Shown here: one piece after another, positions 1 to 9,914 of the stretch
Numbering within the stretch: the stretch's first letter is position 1
Layout of the letters: the number at the start of each line of letters is the position of its first letter
Source: Andalucia godoyi And28
Taxonomy: Eukaryota; Protista; Jakobida
DNA length: 64,000 bases
Direction: 5' to 3'
NCBI GenBank assembly: GCA_009859145.1
Contig: VRVR01000030.1
Span: 190,612-254,611, forward strand
Made by a program: the position numbers and the translations under genes
The notes under the pieces: model-generated
Databases searched by the model: none
What the model was told of the DNA's origin: nothing
The model's input: the letters and a program-made list of their open reading frames with translations, nothing else

Positions 1-2
1 GT

Positions 3-3000
3 GTGCAGGACGAATCTGTTCTACCGTTCTCGAATCCCTTGATCTTGTCCGCCTCCTTGAATAACTGCGCATCTCAGATACGGAAGTATTTACCTCTGGA
101 TGTGTCTGTCGGAATGGATGAGCATTCTGCTGCCGTCTCTGAATTTTCCTTGTCTGTTCCGGGTCTTTCGAGTGCTTGTGCTGAAATCGAGTTCCTTTGG
201 CAAGAAATTGTCGTTGCCGATGGAATTGTCTTGAAAGATGCGGAATTGTCGACTCCGGATGGAGTACGCCGGTCTCTTCAAGACTTACTGTGGAATTGCG
301 AGCAGAGACAATCTCGTCTGCGTACTTTGTCGCAGGAGCAAAATGAATCTCGACGCGCTTTTCTGGATATCGTTGACATGTTGAAAAATGTGAGCAAATG
401 GCTGCGCCGCGAAGTCCTGGTATTGATGAATCGCGATTCTCCAGATCTCACTTCTGCAGGGTCATTTGTGGAGACGGCTTCTTTGTGTACGCCGTTTACT
501 GCTTTGCGGCTGATTTTGCAAAACTGGCTACAAGAACAAGAAGATGCGGTTTCTGTATTGAAATCTAGAGATGAAGCTTTCAGTGCTTCCCTCAAGCAAT
601 TAAAAGAGTTGTTGGACACGATCGAGACGCGGATGGTTCCTCCAGCGAAGGGCACGCAGCAGCTGGTGAAGTCTTATCTGGAAATGATCCTTCGGGACAG
701 GGAGGTGTTACATGAATGTCTTTCTGCGAAGGAACAGCTTATATCGGCTTGGAGGGACCTTCTCACATCTATTGAACAATGGGAGCCGTTTTACATCGAA
801 AAGGCAGGTTCTGTTCACGAATACGTAGCCGAATTCCGCTCTCGGGTTGTAACACTGATTGATGATGCAACGTCAGCCCTGCGAGACGCGTTTGCGACGG
901 AAGCCCCGTCCGCATTACGATGGGCTGCGATCTCGAGGTCGTTGTCGTTGCAGACCGTTTTCGAATTGCAGCGAGCACATAACCACGTATCCAGGACATT
1001 CTCTGGACTTCTTTCTGCGAGTGATCACCTCCAGCAGTTCTATGGAATCTCTGCCTCTGGACCAGTTCCCTCTCTTACCGATTCTGGTAATGCTGGTAAT
1101 CCGTTTTCTCCCAAATTTTCGCGTGCCAAAGATTATCCTGCGTTTCTTCCTTTCGGAACATCAGGTCCTTTTTCTGTTCATGAGCTGACGGCGAAATGGA
1201 AGTCCATCACATCCCAACTGGATGAGTTGCTGTATGTTACTGTATTTGCAGATAGGGGTCCGCTGTTTTCGGATCAGCAATCAAATCAGATGTTCTTTGA
1301 TGCTTTGCGAAGTCATGTTTGGTCTGCGTCCTCTTACGGATTGCTGCATTCCTTGTTTCCCTCGACTGTGCAGAGATCGTCACAAGAATTTGAATATCCC
1401 GTTATCCGCTGCGTAATTACTCACCAACCTCAAATACTCTCTTCAATCGAATCGATTATTGTTTATTCCCTGTATGAAGAACTGAAGATGTTTGAACCGC
1501 TTCTTCCGCAGTTCCAAGATCTTGCGTCGAGAGATCTTCCTTCTCTTTCTTCGGTGAATGACGCTCGTGGGGCGGATCGTGAGTTGAGTCGATTGTGCAT
1601 CCGCGTGGTGGAGGACTGGACAGATGTTCAGCTAGGAATTTCATCCGTTTTGAATGAATTGCAAGCACATGCACGATCGGCAGTATCCAGTGCCTTTGAC
1701 AACGGCCTTCAGTCAGCATTTGAAGAAGCAGTTTTAGATTTTCAGTCGGATATCGAGTCTCTGTCCGCTTCTCGGTCTCTGTCAGACCTTCGGGAGCTTA
1801 CGAGTATATCCACATCTGATCTTATGAAACTCGTATCTATGGCAGAACGAGATGATCTTTTAAGCTGGATAGATACAGCGTCAACGTTTTCGCCTGCTTT
1901 CGAAGTACTGTCAACGGTCATGTCGCTCTCTGCGCGGAAGGACTGTTTGATTCGGAGTGTTGCGTCTCTCGAGGACCGAAAACGCTTACCTCAGAGCACT
2001 CTTCACGGTTTGGCGACGTCTTCTGATCGATTGGTGGATTTCGAGAAGTTGCGAGATGTCGTACTTGGTTCTGATGAGGAATTTCAGACGCGTTGCACTG
2101 CCGCGATTTCCCACATTCGGTCTGTGTTGGTTGCTATTGCGTCCTTTTGTTTGGAGTTGTCAAACGTGGATCCAGACCCGCGGTCGCCTCTTTTTGATCC
2201 ATCAAGTGTGTCGATTCGCCGCGTCATTCGCATTTTGAAGAGCATGATCCAAGAAGTCAGTGGAGATTTTGCGGTTTATGAGCAGGATGCGGTCGATCTA
2301 GGTGACGATTCTTTGTTGTCTCCTGTTGACTATCCTCAATTAGTACGTGAGGTCGGCAGTCTTTTACCAGTTGTCTGTGCTCCGTATGGGTTGATGTTCG
2401 CTGCTCGTCCAATCCGATTTTTATTAGGGCATTTGGAAAGCGCGATGCATTCGCGTGTGGAGGAACATCAGTCTGGCATGGATCAATACGGGGAAATTCA
2501 AGGATTGAAGCTGACCCTTCAAGGCAACTTTAGAACGTTTTCTCAGAAGTTAGGAGGCCTCCAAAAAGTCATGGGGGACTACGAATCTGGTAGGAATATC
2601 ATGTCGATGCTTAGCAGTCCTCCGACAGAGCTGAAGCGGTACTATGAAGGACACGGATCCGTGGGTCAGGCGGCATCTCCGCTGTCGTCGCCTCGTGCGT
2701 CTTTCGCGTCACCTGGACGCTCAAGAGGAAAGTCGATTGTTGTTCAAAAGATTGTTTCGTCGTCACCCTCAGAATTCGATTCTCCTTCGGCCGAATTTGA
2801 TTCGAGAAAGCGTGGGTTTACAGTACGAGATATTCAAGGAAGTTCGGAGGATTCTGCGATTGAAATGAAGATCTGTCGGGAAGTTGACACTTTGCTTCGC
2901 CTGCGCCAGGATGTTTATGCCGTGGAGCCTGTTCTGAGTTCTCTGTTTGGAGTTTATCAACGCCTTCTCATGATTGCTCCCTTGCAATTAGCCCCCACGC

Positions 3001-4724
3001 AGCAGTCCTCAGGGGCGTTTCTGCTCGAGGAACATCAGATGATCCAAAATGCGGTACACCTTTATGAAGAGGCGTGTAGGAGGTCCAATTCGCTATTGCA
3101 ATCCTTGCGGGACAGAGAGGGTGCCATTCGTGCTGTAGATTCAAAATTGTGCGCTCGGCTTGCCGAAGAACTGCGGATGTTTTGCGATGACACCTCGGTT
3201 TTCATTCGGACGTTCCAGTCATCGGATGCTATGACATTAAGCGGCGCAAGAAATTCATTGGCTGTCCTTGAAAACTTCCGATTCAGGCGTAATCAGTATG
3301 AACTCAAGTTCAACAGGATTTCCGAGGTGTCCCAGACTCGCCAGGATTTGTCAGATATGATCTCAGATTTGCAGTCCAAGTGGACAAGAGCTGACGTCCT
3401 GATTCAGCGTGATCTGCCAACCACAGATGGCGTTGCCCGTAAGGTTCGTGAGCTTGAAGACAGGCAAGAATTTATGGCGACGTCGCTGTCCAGCGCTCAC
3501 GCTGTCCATCGTATTGCTGTTGTTGCAGATCAAGAGCTGCAGGAATTGCGTGCACTGACATCTCAACCTTACGAGTCCCTGTTCCTACTGAATGGTCAGG
3601 TTGATTCTGATTTGGAATTCCTTGTCAGAACAGTCCAGGAACTAGCGAAGGCATCTGCTTTGTTCGATGGACAGCAAATTCCGTTGGATGCCATTGGTGT
3701 TCTACGAGATTTGCGGTACCTTTCCATGTTGAAAGAGCGAATGGAACCCGAAACAAGGTTGCTAGAACAAATAATGGAGCTGAAGCTGGTGCTTGCCGAC
3801 TGTTCTGGGACTCCTTTTGAAGGCGTTAATCTGGATCAGGTTGGTCTCGCTTTCAAGAATCTTTATGAATTACTTGATTCGACAATCTCGGATCGTCGAG
3901 ATCGGCAGCAGGCGTCTTTCGCCTTTGCGCAAGAAGTCGCCGCATATGAAAAACAAGCCCGAAATCTTGCAGATTGGCTGGACACGCAGATGGAAGTTCT
4001 CCTGTCTAGCTCGCAGGAATTCAGGAATTTCTCTGTACTGAACGTTGCGATGCAATCGTTTCGATCGTTGTATGCAGAGTTTCCGCAGTGGGAAGAGCGC
4101 ATTACTGAAATCTCTCGGAAACAGACCGACCTGTTCTCCAAACGAGCGTCTGTGTCCTCAGGCACGGTATGTCATACATTGGTCTCTTCCGATGATTTGG
4201 TTGGCCGAGTCTTCGAACTAAAGCAGAAGCTTCAAGAGGTTCTGAGATCGAAGGAGCTGACTGTTGCGGACGTTAAATCGCTGATGGACAAGTACAGCTT
4301 GCCTGTCGAAGTTATTCATGAGTATGAGGAAACGTTCAGCTTTCTGGATGCTGACAAGTCTGGTTTCCTTGACATTAAGGAGATCGGTGCACTCATATCG
4401 ATTCTCGGAGAATCAATGGATCCTTCGACTGTTCGGAGAATCTTCAGTGCTATTGATAAGAATCAAGATGGCACCATCTCATTTGATGAGTTCGTTTTCT
4501 GGGCGAAGTCGCAATTTCGACCAATCAAGACAACGGAAGAGATTCTTAACACGCTTTTGTCCATGTCGGCGTCTCCCGAAGGTCTGCAGTGGGACAGCCT
4601 GAAGCAGTGCATGGCATCGGCACTGCCCACCAAAGAACTTTCGGAGCTGGAAAAGCTTGTGCGGAAACGCCCGAATGGAACTGTCGACTGCCCTGCACTC
4701 GTTTCGGATTTGTTTTCGCCGTGA
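3..4724 (+). CDS. Large helical rod protein with C-terminal spectrin-repeat-like segments and an EF-hand pair (alpha-actinin/spectrin-like); 5' end lies outside the window
   Basis: 1573-aa open frame from the window edge. It has spectrin-like W-spaced helices (YEKQARNLADWLD, FPQWEERITEIS), two EF loops (DADKSGFLDIKE, DKNQDGTISFDEF) and an alpha-actinin-like tail. Confidence 0.75.
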   Translation: MQDESVLPFSNPLILSASLNNCASQIRKYLPLDVSVGMDEHSAAVSEFSLSVPGLSSACAEIEFLWQEIVVADGIVLKDAELSTPDGVRRSLQDLLWNCEQRQSRLRTLSQEQNESRRAFLDIVDMLKNVSKWLRREVLVLMNRDSPDLTSAGSFVETASLCTPFTALRLILQNWLQEQEDAVSVLKSRDEAFSASLKQLKELLDTIETRMVPPAKGTQQLVKSYLEMILRDREVLHECLSAKEQLISAWRDLLTSIEQWEPFYIEKAGSVHEYVAEFRSRVVTLIDDATSALRDAFATEAPSALRWAAISRSLSLQTVFELQRAHNHVSRTFSGLLSASDHLQQFYGISASGPVPSLTDSGNAGNPFSPKFSRAKDYPAFLPFGTSGPFSVHELTAKWKSITSQLDELLYVTVFADRGPLFSDQQSNQMFFDALRSHVWSASSYGLLHSLFPSTVQRSSQEFEYPVIRCVITHQPQILSSIESIIVYSLYEELKMFEPLLPQFQDLASRDLPSLSSVNDARGADRELSRLCIRVVEDWTDVQLGISSVLNELQAHARSAVSSAFDNGLQSAFEEAVLDFQSDIESLSASRSLSDLRELTSISTSDLMKLVSMAERDDLLSWIDTASTFSPAFEVLSTVMSLSARKDCLIRSVASLEDRKRLPQSTLHGLATSSDRLVDFEKLRDVVLGSDEEFQTRCTAAISHIRSVLVAIASFCLELSNVDPDPRSPLFDPSSVSIRRVIRILKSMIQEVSGDFAVYEQDAVDLGDDSLLSPVDYPQLVREVGSLLPVVCAPYGLMFAARPIRFLLGHLESAMHSRVEEHQSGMDQYGEIQGLKLTLQGNFRTFSQKLGGLQKVMGDYESGRNIMSMLSSPPTELKRYYEGHGSVGQAASPLSSPRASFASPGRSRGKSIVVQKIVSSSPSEFDSPSAEFDSRKRGFTVRDIQGSSEDSAIEMKICREVDTLLRLRQDVYAVEPVLSSLFGVYQRLLMIAPLQLAPTQQSSGAFLLEEHQMIQNAVHLYEEACRRSNSLLQSLRDREGAIRAVDSKLCARLAEELRMFCDDTSVFIRTFQSSDAMTLSGARNSLAVLENFRFRRNQYELKFNRISEVSQTRQDLSDMISDLQSKWTRADVLIQRDLPTTDGVARKVRELEDRQEFMATSLSSAHAVHRIAVVADQELQELRALTSQPYESLFLLNGQVDSDLEFLVRTVQELAKASALFDGQQIPLDAIGVLRDLRYLSMLKERMEPETRLLEQIMELKLVLADCSGTPFEGVNLDQVGLAFKNLYELLDSTISDRRDRQQASFAFAQEVAAYEKQARNLADWLDTQMEVLLSSSQEFRNFSVLNVAMQSFRSLYAEFPQWEERITEISRKQTDLFSKRASVSSGTVCHTLVSSDDLVGRVFELKQKLQEVLRSKELTVADVKSLMDKYSLPVEVIHEYEETFSFLDADKSGFLDIKEIGALISILGESMDPSTVRRIFSAIDKNQDGTISFDEFVFWAKSQFRPIKTTEEILNTLLSMSASPEGLQWDSLKQCMASALPTKELSELEKLVRKRPNGTVDCPALVSDLFSP

Positions 4725-4744
4725 TGAAATGATTTTTATGTAAA

Positions 4745-6526
4745 TTACCTAGGCCCCAAACCTTCATAACATGTCAGTCCGTACATGTTTCTGATGTCGT
4801 CTCGTGCTCCTTTTGAGATCAGCCACTCCCCCAAATCAGTGTAGCCGTACGCAAAACAAAAATGCAGCGGTGTTTGACCTTTGTTATTTTGTGCGTTTGG
4901 ATCACAACTCCTCTTCAGCAGTGCCTTCATTACGGGCTTGTGACCGTTCTGTGCAGCAATGATCATTAATGTGTTTCCAAAAGCGTCTCGTACATCCACG
5001 TTGACTCCCTGATCAAGCAGCTCTTCTACCTCGAGCGGCTTGTTGTGTCTTGCCTTGGAAAACACTCGTTTCACCTTTTCTTTTGCATCTTCAGACAGCT
5101 GCGACCCTTCGTGACGTGGCTGCAAAGCAGAATCTGCGCTTTCCTCGGGGGCGTCTCCGCTGTGAGATACACTGGCGCCTGAAGAAATATGGGACCCGGG
5201 AGCTGTAGTTTCTGAAGACTTGACATCAGTCGACGGCGGACTGTCATCGATGAACTCTCCTCCAGAAACAAGCCTCTTCGGTTTGCGGTTAATAAAATGG
5301 AGCGATGGTGAAGACGGGTGCGACGCAGAACTATCTGAAGATGCAGTCGTTCCAGTAGTCACAGAAGTGAGCAAGGAAATCTCACTGTGACCAGCGGGCT
5401 GCGGTGAATGAGTCCGGTTCCCTGCAGAAGGCGCCGTGCCTTTGGTGCCCTGTGCGAGAGCAGCAGACAAAACACTGTTCGAGGACGAGACAGGTGCGCA
5501 CGACGCAGCTTCTCGATCTGACGGTTTAGCGACCGCCTCCAAGGCCGCGGCGGATGGCGTGTGGACTGGAGGCTGAATGACAGCAGCAACCAAACTGTCA
5601 AGTCTTCGGCAGTCGTTTCCAGAAGCCTCAGTATGTTTTTTTGATTCTGAAATTGAGGCGGGCGTGTGCACGGCGGTTGCAGGGGCCGTTTTTGGAGGAA
5701 ACGCTTCGCGCGGATCGGACAATTCGGAAGACGCTGTCGAAAGATGGTCGTCGACATCAACAGGTCTCTTAGCAGTGACCGAAGGGAGCCTGGTGGGTCG
5801 AGAAACATTCGACTCGAACAACCCTCCGGATACTTGTGGGGATGTATTTTGTGCACCCAATTTCCGGAGTCTTTCGAAAATGGTATTCATCCCATCGTCC
5901 GGATTCGTGGGAATTCTGGACAGACTGCCGAATTCTGTCTCGTGCTGGATATGTTTTCTCATAGACGCCAGATCTGAAGAGGAGAACTCTGTGGACTGCA
6001 GCATTTCTGCCAAGCGTTCCATCTTTTTTTCAGAATCTGCTTTCTTTTTCTCTTGCAGAAAGTTAAGAGCGGACATAAAAGGTGCAGGTTCTGGCTCGTA
6101 ATGGTCAGCGAAATGGCTTGTGAATGAACTGGAGACGTCACTGTCAAATAAAGATAAGCTGGGAGGTGTGGGAAGAACAACATTGCTGTGATCGAATAAG
6201 GATTCCGAGCGCCTCGGAAACACAGATTCGTACGATACGTTGTGGGATGACTTGAAAACGGGGCTGCTCCGGTGTCCCGACGGCTGCAATCTGTTCGATA
6301 TGGGAGAAGACTGTGCAACTGCGTGCTTTTTCGTGCCCCCAGAACGGGCATTCTGTACTCCAGTCACATATTTGTTCAAAGAAGACACTGAAGTTGACCG
6401 AGAATTCGAGTAGTCCGATGTCGGCGAGGGCAAGTGATACAACAACGATGAGGATGAGTGCGATATTCGGGAATTCGGGTCTCTCGAAAGCTTGCCGAGA
6501 AACCGAAAATCATTTGGAGTTCCCAT
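4745..6526 (-). CDS. Ser/Pro-rich protein with C-terminal ankyrin repeats
   Basis: Ankyrin motifs DAFGNTLMIIAAQNGH and NNKGQTPLHFCFAYGY. The start is placed at the ATG at 6526 (MGTPND). Confidence 0.85.
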   Translation of the reverse strand: MGTPNDFRFLGKLSRDPNSRISHSSSSLLYHLPSPTSDYSNSRSTSVSSLNKYVTGVQNARSGGTKKHAVAQSSPISNRLQPSGHRSSPVFKSSHNVSYESVFPRRSESLFDHSNVVLPTPPSLSLFDSDVSSSFTSHFADHYEPEPAPFMSALNFLQEKKKADSEKKMERLAEMLQSTEFSSSDLASMRKHIQHETEFGSLSRIPTNPDDGMNTIFERLRKLGAQNTSPQVSGGLFESNVSRPTRLPSVTAKRPVDVDDHLSTASSELSDPREAFPPKTAPATAVHTPASISESKKHTEASGNDCRRLDSLVAAVIQPPVHTPSAAALEAVAKPSDREAASCAPVSSSNSVLSAALAQGTKGTAPSAGNRTHSPQPAGHSEISLLTSVTTGTTASSDSSASHPSSPSLHFINRKPKRLVSGGEFIDDSPPSTDVKSSETTAPGSHISSGASVSHSGDAPEESADSALQPRHEGSQLSEDAKEKVKRVFSKARHNKPLEVEELLDQGVNVDVRDAFGNTLMIIAAQNGHKPVMKALLKRSCDPNAQNNKGQTPLHFCFAYGYTDLGEWLISKGARDDIRNMYGLTCYEGLGPR

Positions 6527-6678
6527 ATTTACAACCACGAAAAAAGATGCCGGGCAACAAATAATAAGAGTGTGCATTCATAAATTCACTGTGAGAAAAA
6601 TGAAAGTGTTACAAGATCCACCGTGAAGGAACACCCACTCAGCAAACCGTTGAACAAAAAAACGCTTGTACATTTTCG

Positions 6679-6838
6679 GTATGTCACGAATGTCCGTCAA
6701 ACCACGCGGGAAGCAGGAAAAACTGCGGAGCTTGCTGGACGCTTCTTCAATTTATTTTTTTTAACTTTTAACTTTTTTTTCTCATATTCCCCCTCCCTCT
6801 TCTTCTTCTTCTTCTGATTTGTTTTTCAATGTTCTCAG
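6679..6838 (+). other. Candidate 5'-UTR spliceosomal intron of the GH125 gene
   Basis: GTATGT donor at 6679, long polypyrimidine tract, CTCAG acceptor ending at 6838, one base before the ATG at 6840. Confidence 0.45.
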
Positions 6839-6839
6839 A

Positions 6840-8267
6840 ATGAGGTCTTTCTATGTATTGCTCCTGAGCTTCGTCATGTTCTGGACGCATGCACTATGTC
6901 AGCGTCCACCTCCGGAAAAGCGTCGATTTGTGTCGCCCGCAGTCGATGCTGCAATCGCGGATGTCTCCAGTCGAATGAAAGATCGAGTGCTTGCGACGAT
7001 GTTTGAACAGTGCCTACCAAACACTCTTGACACCACCGTGGAGTACAATGAGTCGACTGGACGCACATTTGTGATCACTGGGGATATTCCAGCAATGTGG
7101 CTTCGGGATTCTGCGAATCAAGTGCTGCCGTATTTGCGATTCGTTCATCAAGACACGAGGCTTCAATCGATGATAAAAGGTGTCATCAGCGAGCAAGTGC
7201 GCTACATTTTGATGGATGCGTACGCAAATGCGTTCAACAAGTTTCCAACTGGTTCTCCCCACGACTCGGATCAGACAACGAAATTGGATTCTCACGGACA
7301 ACCTATCAACGGCATGACACCGTATATTTTCGAACGAAAGTTTGAAATTGACTCTCTTGCAGCATTTCTCCGGCTTTCCTCGGAATACTTCAAAGCAACA
7401 TTGGACGATTCTTTTTTGAATAGCGAATGGCTTGAAGCATTGGAGCGTGTTTTGGCGGTGGCCCACGAACAGCAGGCTGGGACGTACGAGGAAGATGATT
7501 TTTACCCTTCTGCCCCTCCTTACACATTTGCGAGAACCACTAATGAGCCGACGGATTCTCTCGTTCATTCTCGCGGAAATCCAGCAAAAAGATGTGGGCT
7601 TGTGAAAAGCGGCTTTAGGCCTTCTGACGATTCTTGCTTGTTTCCGTTTCTCGTCCCTGCAAACGCTCTGTTTTCTGTCGTCTTGTCCAACGTATCGGAC
7701 ATGCTGGATCGCGCAAAATTGAGACAAGATCTAGCAGGTGCCACCCGTAATTTGAGCCAAGAAATTCGAGACTCCATCTTTAAATTTGGAATTGCCATCT
7801 CCAATTCTGGTTCGTGCATATTCGCGTACGAAATCGACGGCTTTGGGAATGTCTTGAAGATGGACGATGCGAATGTTCCCTCGCTTCTGTCGCTTCCGTC
7901 TTTTGGATTCGTAAGTGCAAATCATTCTCTGTACATAACTACTAGGAAATTCGTTCTCTCGTCGGAGAACCCGTATTTCTTCAAAGGAAAAGCTGGAGAG
8001 GGTGTCGGTGGTCCGCACGTCGGAGATAACTACATTTGGCCAATGTCGTTGATCATGCGCGCTCTTACGTCTGTGTCGGATGACGAGATCTTGTACTGCT
8101 TGGATATTCTGAAAACGACAACTGCTGGAACAAACTTCATGCATGAATCGTTTTTGAAAGACAATCCTGAGCAGTTTACCAGACCGTGGTTTGCATGGGC
8201 GAATTCTCTATTTGGAGATCTTGTGTTGCAGCTCGCAGAAATAAAACCGCATTTGCTGTTCGCCTGA
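6840..8267 (+). CDS. Glycoside hydrolase family 125 (exo-alpha-1,6-mannosidase-like) with signal peptide
   Basis: GH125 motifs TGDIPAMWLRDS, ERKFEIDSL, DDANVPSLLSLP and FTRPWFAWANSLF; hydrophobic N-terminus MRSFYVLLLSFVMFWTHALC. Confidence 0.92.
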   Translation: MRSFYVLLLSFVMFWTHALCQRPPPEKRRFVSPAVDAAIADVSSRMKDRVLATMFEQCLPNTLDTTVEYNESTGRTFVITGDIPAMWLRDSANQVLPYLRFVHQDTRLQSMIKGVISEQVRYILMDAYANAFNKFPTGSPHDSDQTTKLDSHGQPINGMTPYIFERKFEIDSLAAFLRLSSEYFKATLDDSFLNSEWLEALERVLAVAHEQQAGTYEEDDFYPSAPPYTFARTTNEPTDSLVHSRGNPAKRCGLVKSGFRPSDDSCLFPFLVPANALFSVVLSNVSDMLDRAKLRQDLAGATRNLSQEIRDSIFKFGIAISNSGSCIFAYEIDGFGNVLKMDDANVPSLLSLPSFGFVSANHSLYITTRKFVLSSENPYFFKGKAGEGVGGPHVGDNYIWPMSLIMRALTSVSDDEILYCLDILKTTTAGTNFMHESFLKDNPEQFTRPWFAWANSLFGDLVLQLAEIKPHLLFA

Positions 8268-8609
8268 ACGGCACCCTCAACCAGTCTCATTTCCCTTTCA
8301 TGGTGTTTATAAAGTGTATTTTCTCTTGTTTTTTGTTGGGTTTTTTTCTGGTTGGGCTTTTTTTGTTCTCTCGGTCTGGGAGACTTGCGAAAATGGGGAG
8401 TGTTGTGTCGTGTGTGCGACATGAATTCAAGTTGGGCACACAGCCCCGTCGATTGTGGTCGACTTGACGATCTTGGTAGAACTTCGGAGTGATGGTATTC
8501 TTCTTCTTTCTCGGGGGAGAGGGGAAGTGTTGGGGCGGTTTCACGATTCACGAATCATCTTCAAACGATTTTCTTAAAGTACGGTACAAACGTTTAACAG
8601 CTAAAAAGA

Positions 8610-9902
8610 ATGGAGGATCTCGATGTTGGTGCCAGACTGCAGGAATTTCTCGGTCGCACAGGTTGTTCCGACGTGGATCAAGCGCTGTCGCTTCTTGAAG
8701 CGCACGACTGGGATGTGGATGCTGCTGCTTCTGTGTTTGCGGCACAAAACGCTCCGCGGACGCGGGAGCCAGTCGTCCCGCCCCGGCAGTCAGTCGCATC
8801 TCCACGACAGGCAGCAGCACAAGGTGGAACTGCTTCTGCTCAGCCGGCCAACGGCGAAGGTTTAGGCACCTCCATCTTGTCTGCCCTTCCGTCTTTCATC
8901 CAGCGAGGAGTTCAGATTGTTGGAGGAATAGCGGGGTCGTTGTTGTCTCCAATCATTGGATCTGTTCAGAATGCACGCCCTGACTCTGGAGAGACGTTTA
9001 CTGCTTACTTTGAGCGGAATTTTGGCAGGGTGCATCCGATTTTCTATCCTGGGTCCTCAGAACGGGCCATCATGGAGTCAGAAAGAACTTCAAAACTTCT
9101 TTTTATCTACCTGCATTCTCCTTCACATGCGGACACCAGCGCGTATTGTCGAGAAGTATTAGGAAATCCCGATATAGTACAGTTGTTGAACAACAATTTT
9201 ATTTGCTGGGGAGGAAACATACAAGACGCTGATGGGTATGCTTTGGCATCGCATTTGTTGGTGGATGGATATCCGTTTGTCGCAGTTATTAGCGTTGGCC
9301 ATGTGAATCAGTCGATCCAGATGCAGGTCTTGGCTCGTGTCTCTGGATACACAACTGCTGCGGTTCTTGCAGAAGGTTTGCAAAGAGTGCTTGAAGAACA
9401 TTCTTCGTTGCAGGCAGCCGTTGTCGCGTCACAAGAAGAGCAGTCGTCCGCTCGGCAGCTTCGGGAGGAACAGGATCGAGCATATGAGGCGGCACTGCAA
9501 GCAGATCTTCAACGTCAGGAAGAAGAACGGAGAACAGAAAGAATTTTAAGAGAAGAACAAGAACGGCAGCGACGAGAGGAAACTCAACGTCAACAAGTTG
9601 AGGAACAACGCGCAACAAGGGTGCAAGACTTTAAAAGCAGATGTGCAGCTCTCACTCCAAACCAGGATGGTGTGTGTGTTCTCAGAATTCGCATGCCAAA
9701 TGGTCCGTTGCAAATTACAGTGAAACAATCCGAGACCATGGACATTGTGTATGATTTCGCAGCGCATGAAGGGAAAGTTCTCGCGGGAGCAAACTTTTGT
9801 CTTTGTACAAACATTCCGCCAGCCGAATACGGCCGGGAGAAGCTGGTACGCGACGTCACGCAAGGAGCAAAGCAAGTGCAGCTATTTTTCAAAGAGAAGT
9901 GA
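8610..9902 (+). CDS. FAF2: FAF2/UBXD8-like UBX-domain p97 adaptor (UBA-like, UAS, coiled coil, UBX)
   Basis: N-terminal LLEAHDWDVDAAA, UAS segment KLLFIYLHSP, LREEQDRAYEAALQAD coiled coil, C-terminal UBX-like LRIRMPNG. Confidence 0.85.
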   Translation: MEDLDVGARLQEFLGRTGCSDVDQALSLLEAHDWDVDAAASVFAAQNAPRTREPVVPPRQSVASPRQAAAQGGTASAQPANGEGLGTSILSALPSFIQRGVQIVGGIAGSLLSPIIGSVQNARPDSGETFTAYFERNFGRVHPIFYPGSSERAIMESERTSKLLFIYLHSPSHADTSAYCREVLGNPDIVQLLNNNFICWGGNIQDADGYALASHLLVDGYPFVAVISVGHVNQSIQMQVLARVSGYTTAAVLAEGLQRVLEEHSSLQAAVVASQEEQSSARQLREEQDRAYEAALQADLQRQEEERRTERILREEQERQRREETQRQQVEEQRATRVQDFKSRCAALTPNQDGVCVLRIRMPNGPLQITVKQSETMDIVYDFAAHEGKVLAGANFCLCTNIPPAEYGREKLVRDVTQGAKQVQLFFKEK

Positions 9903-9914
9903 TAAACAGTGACC

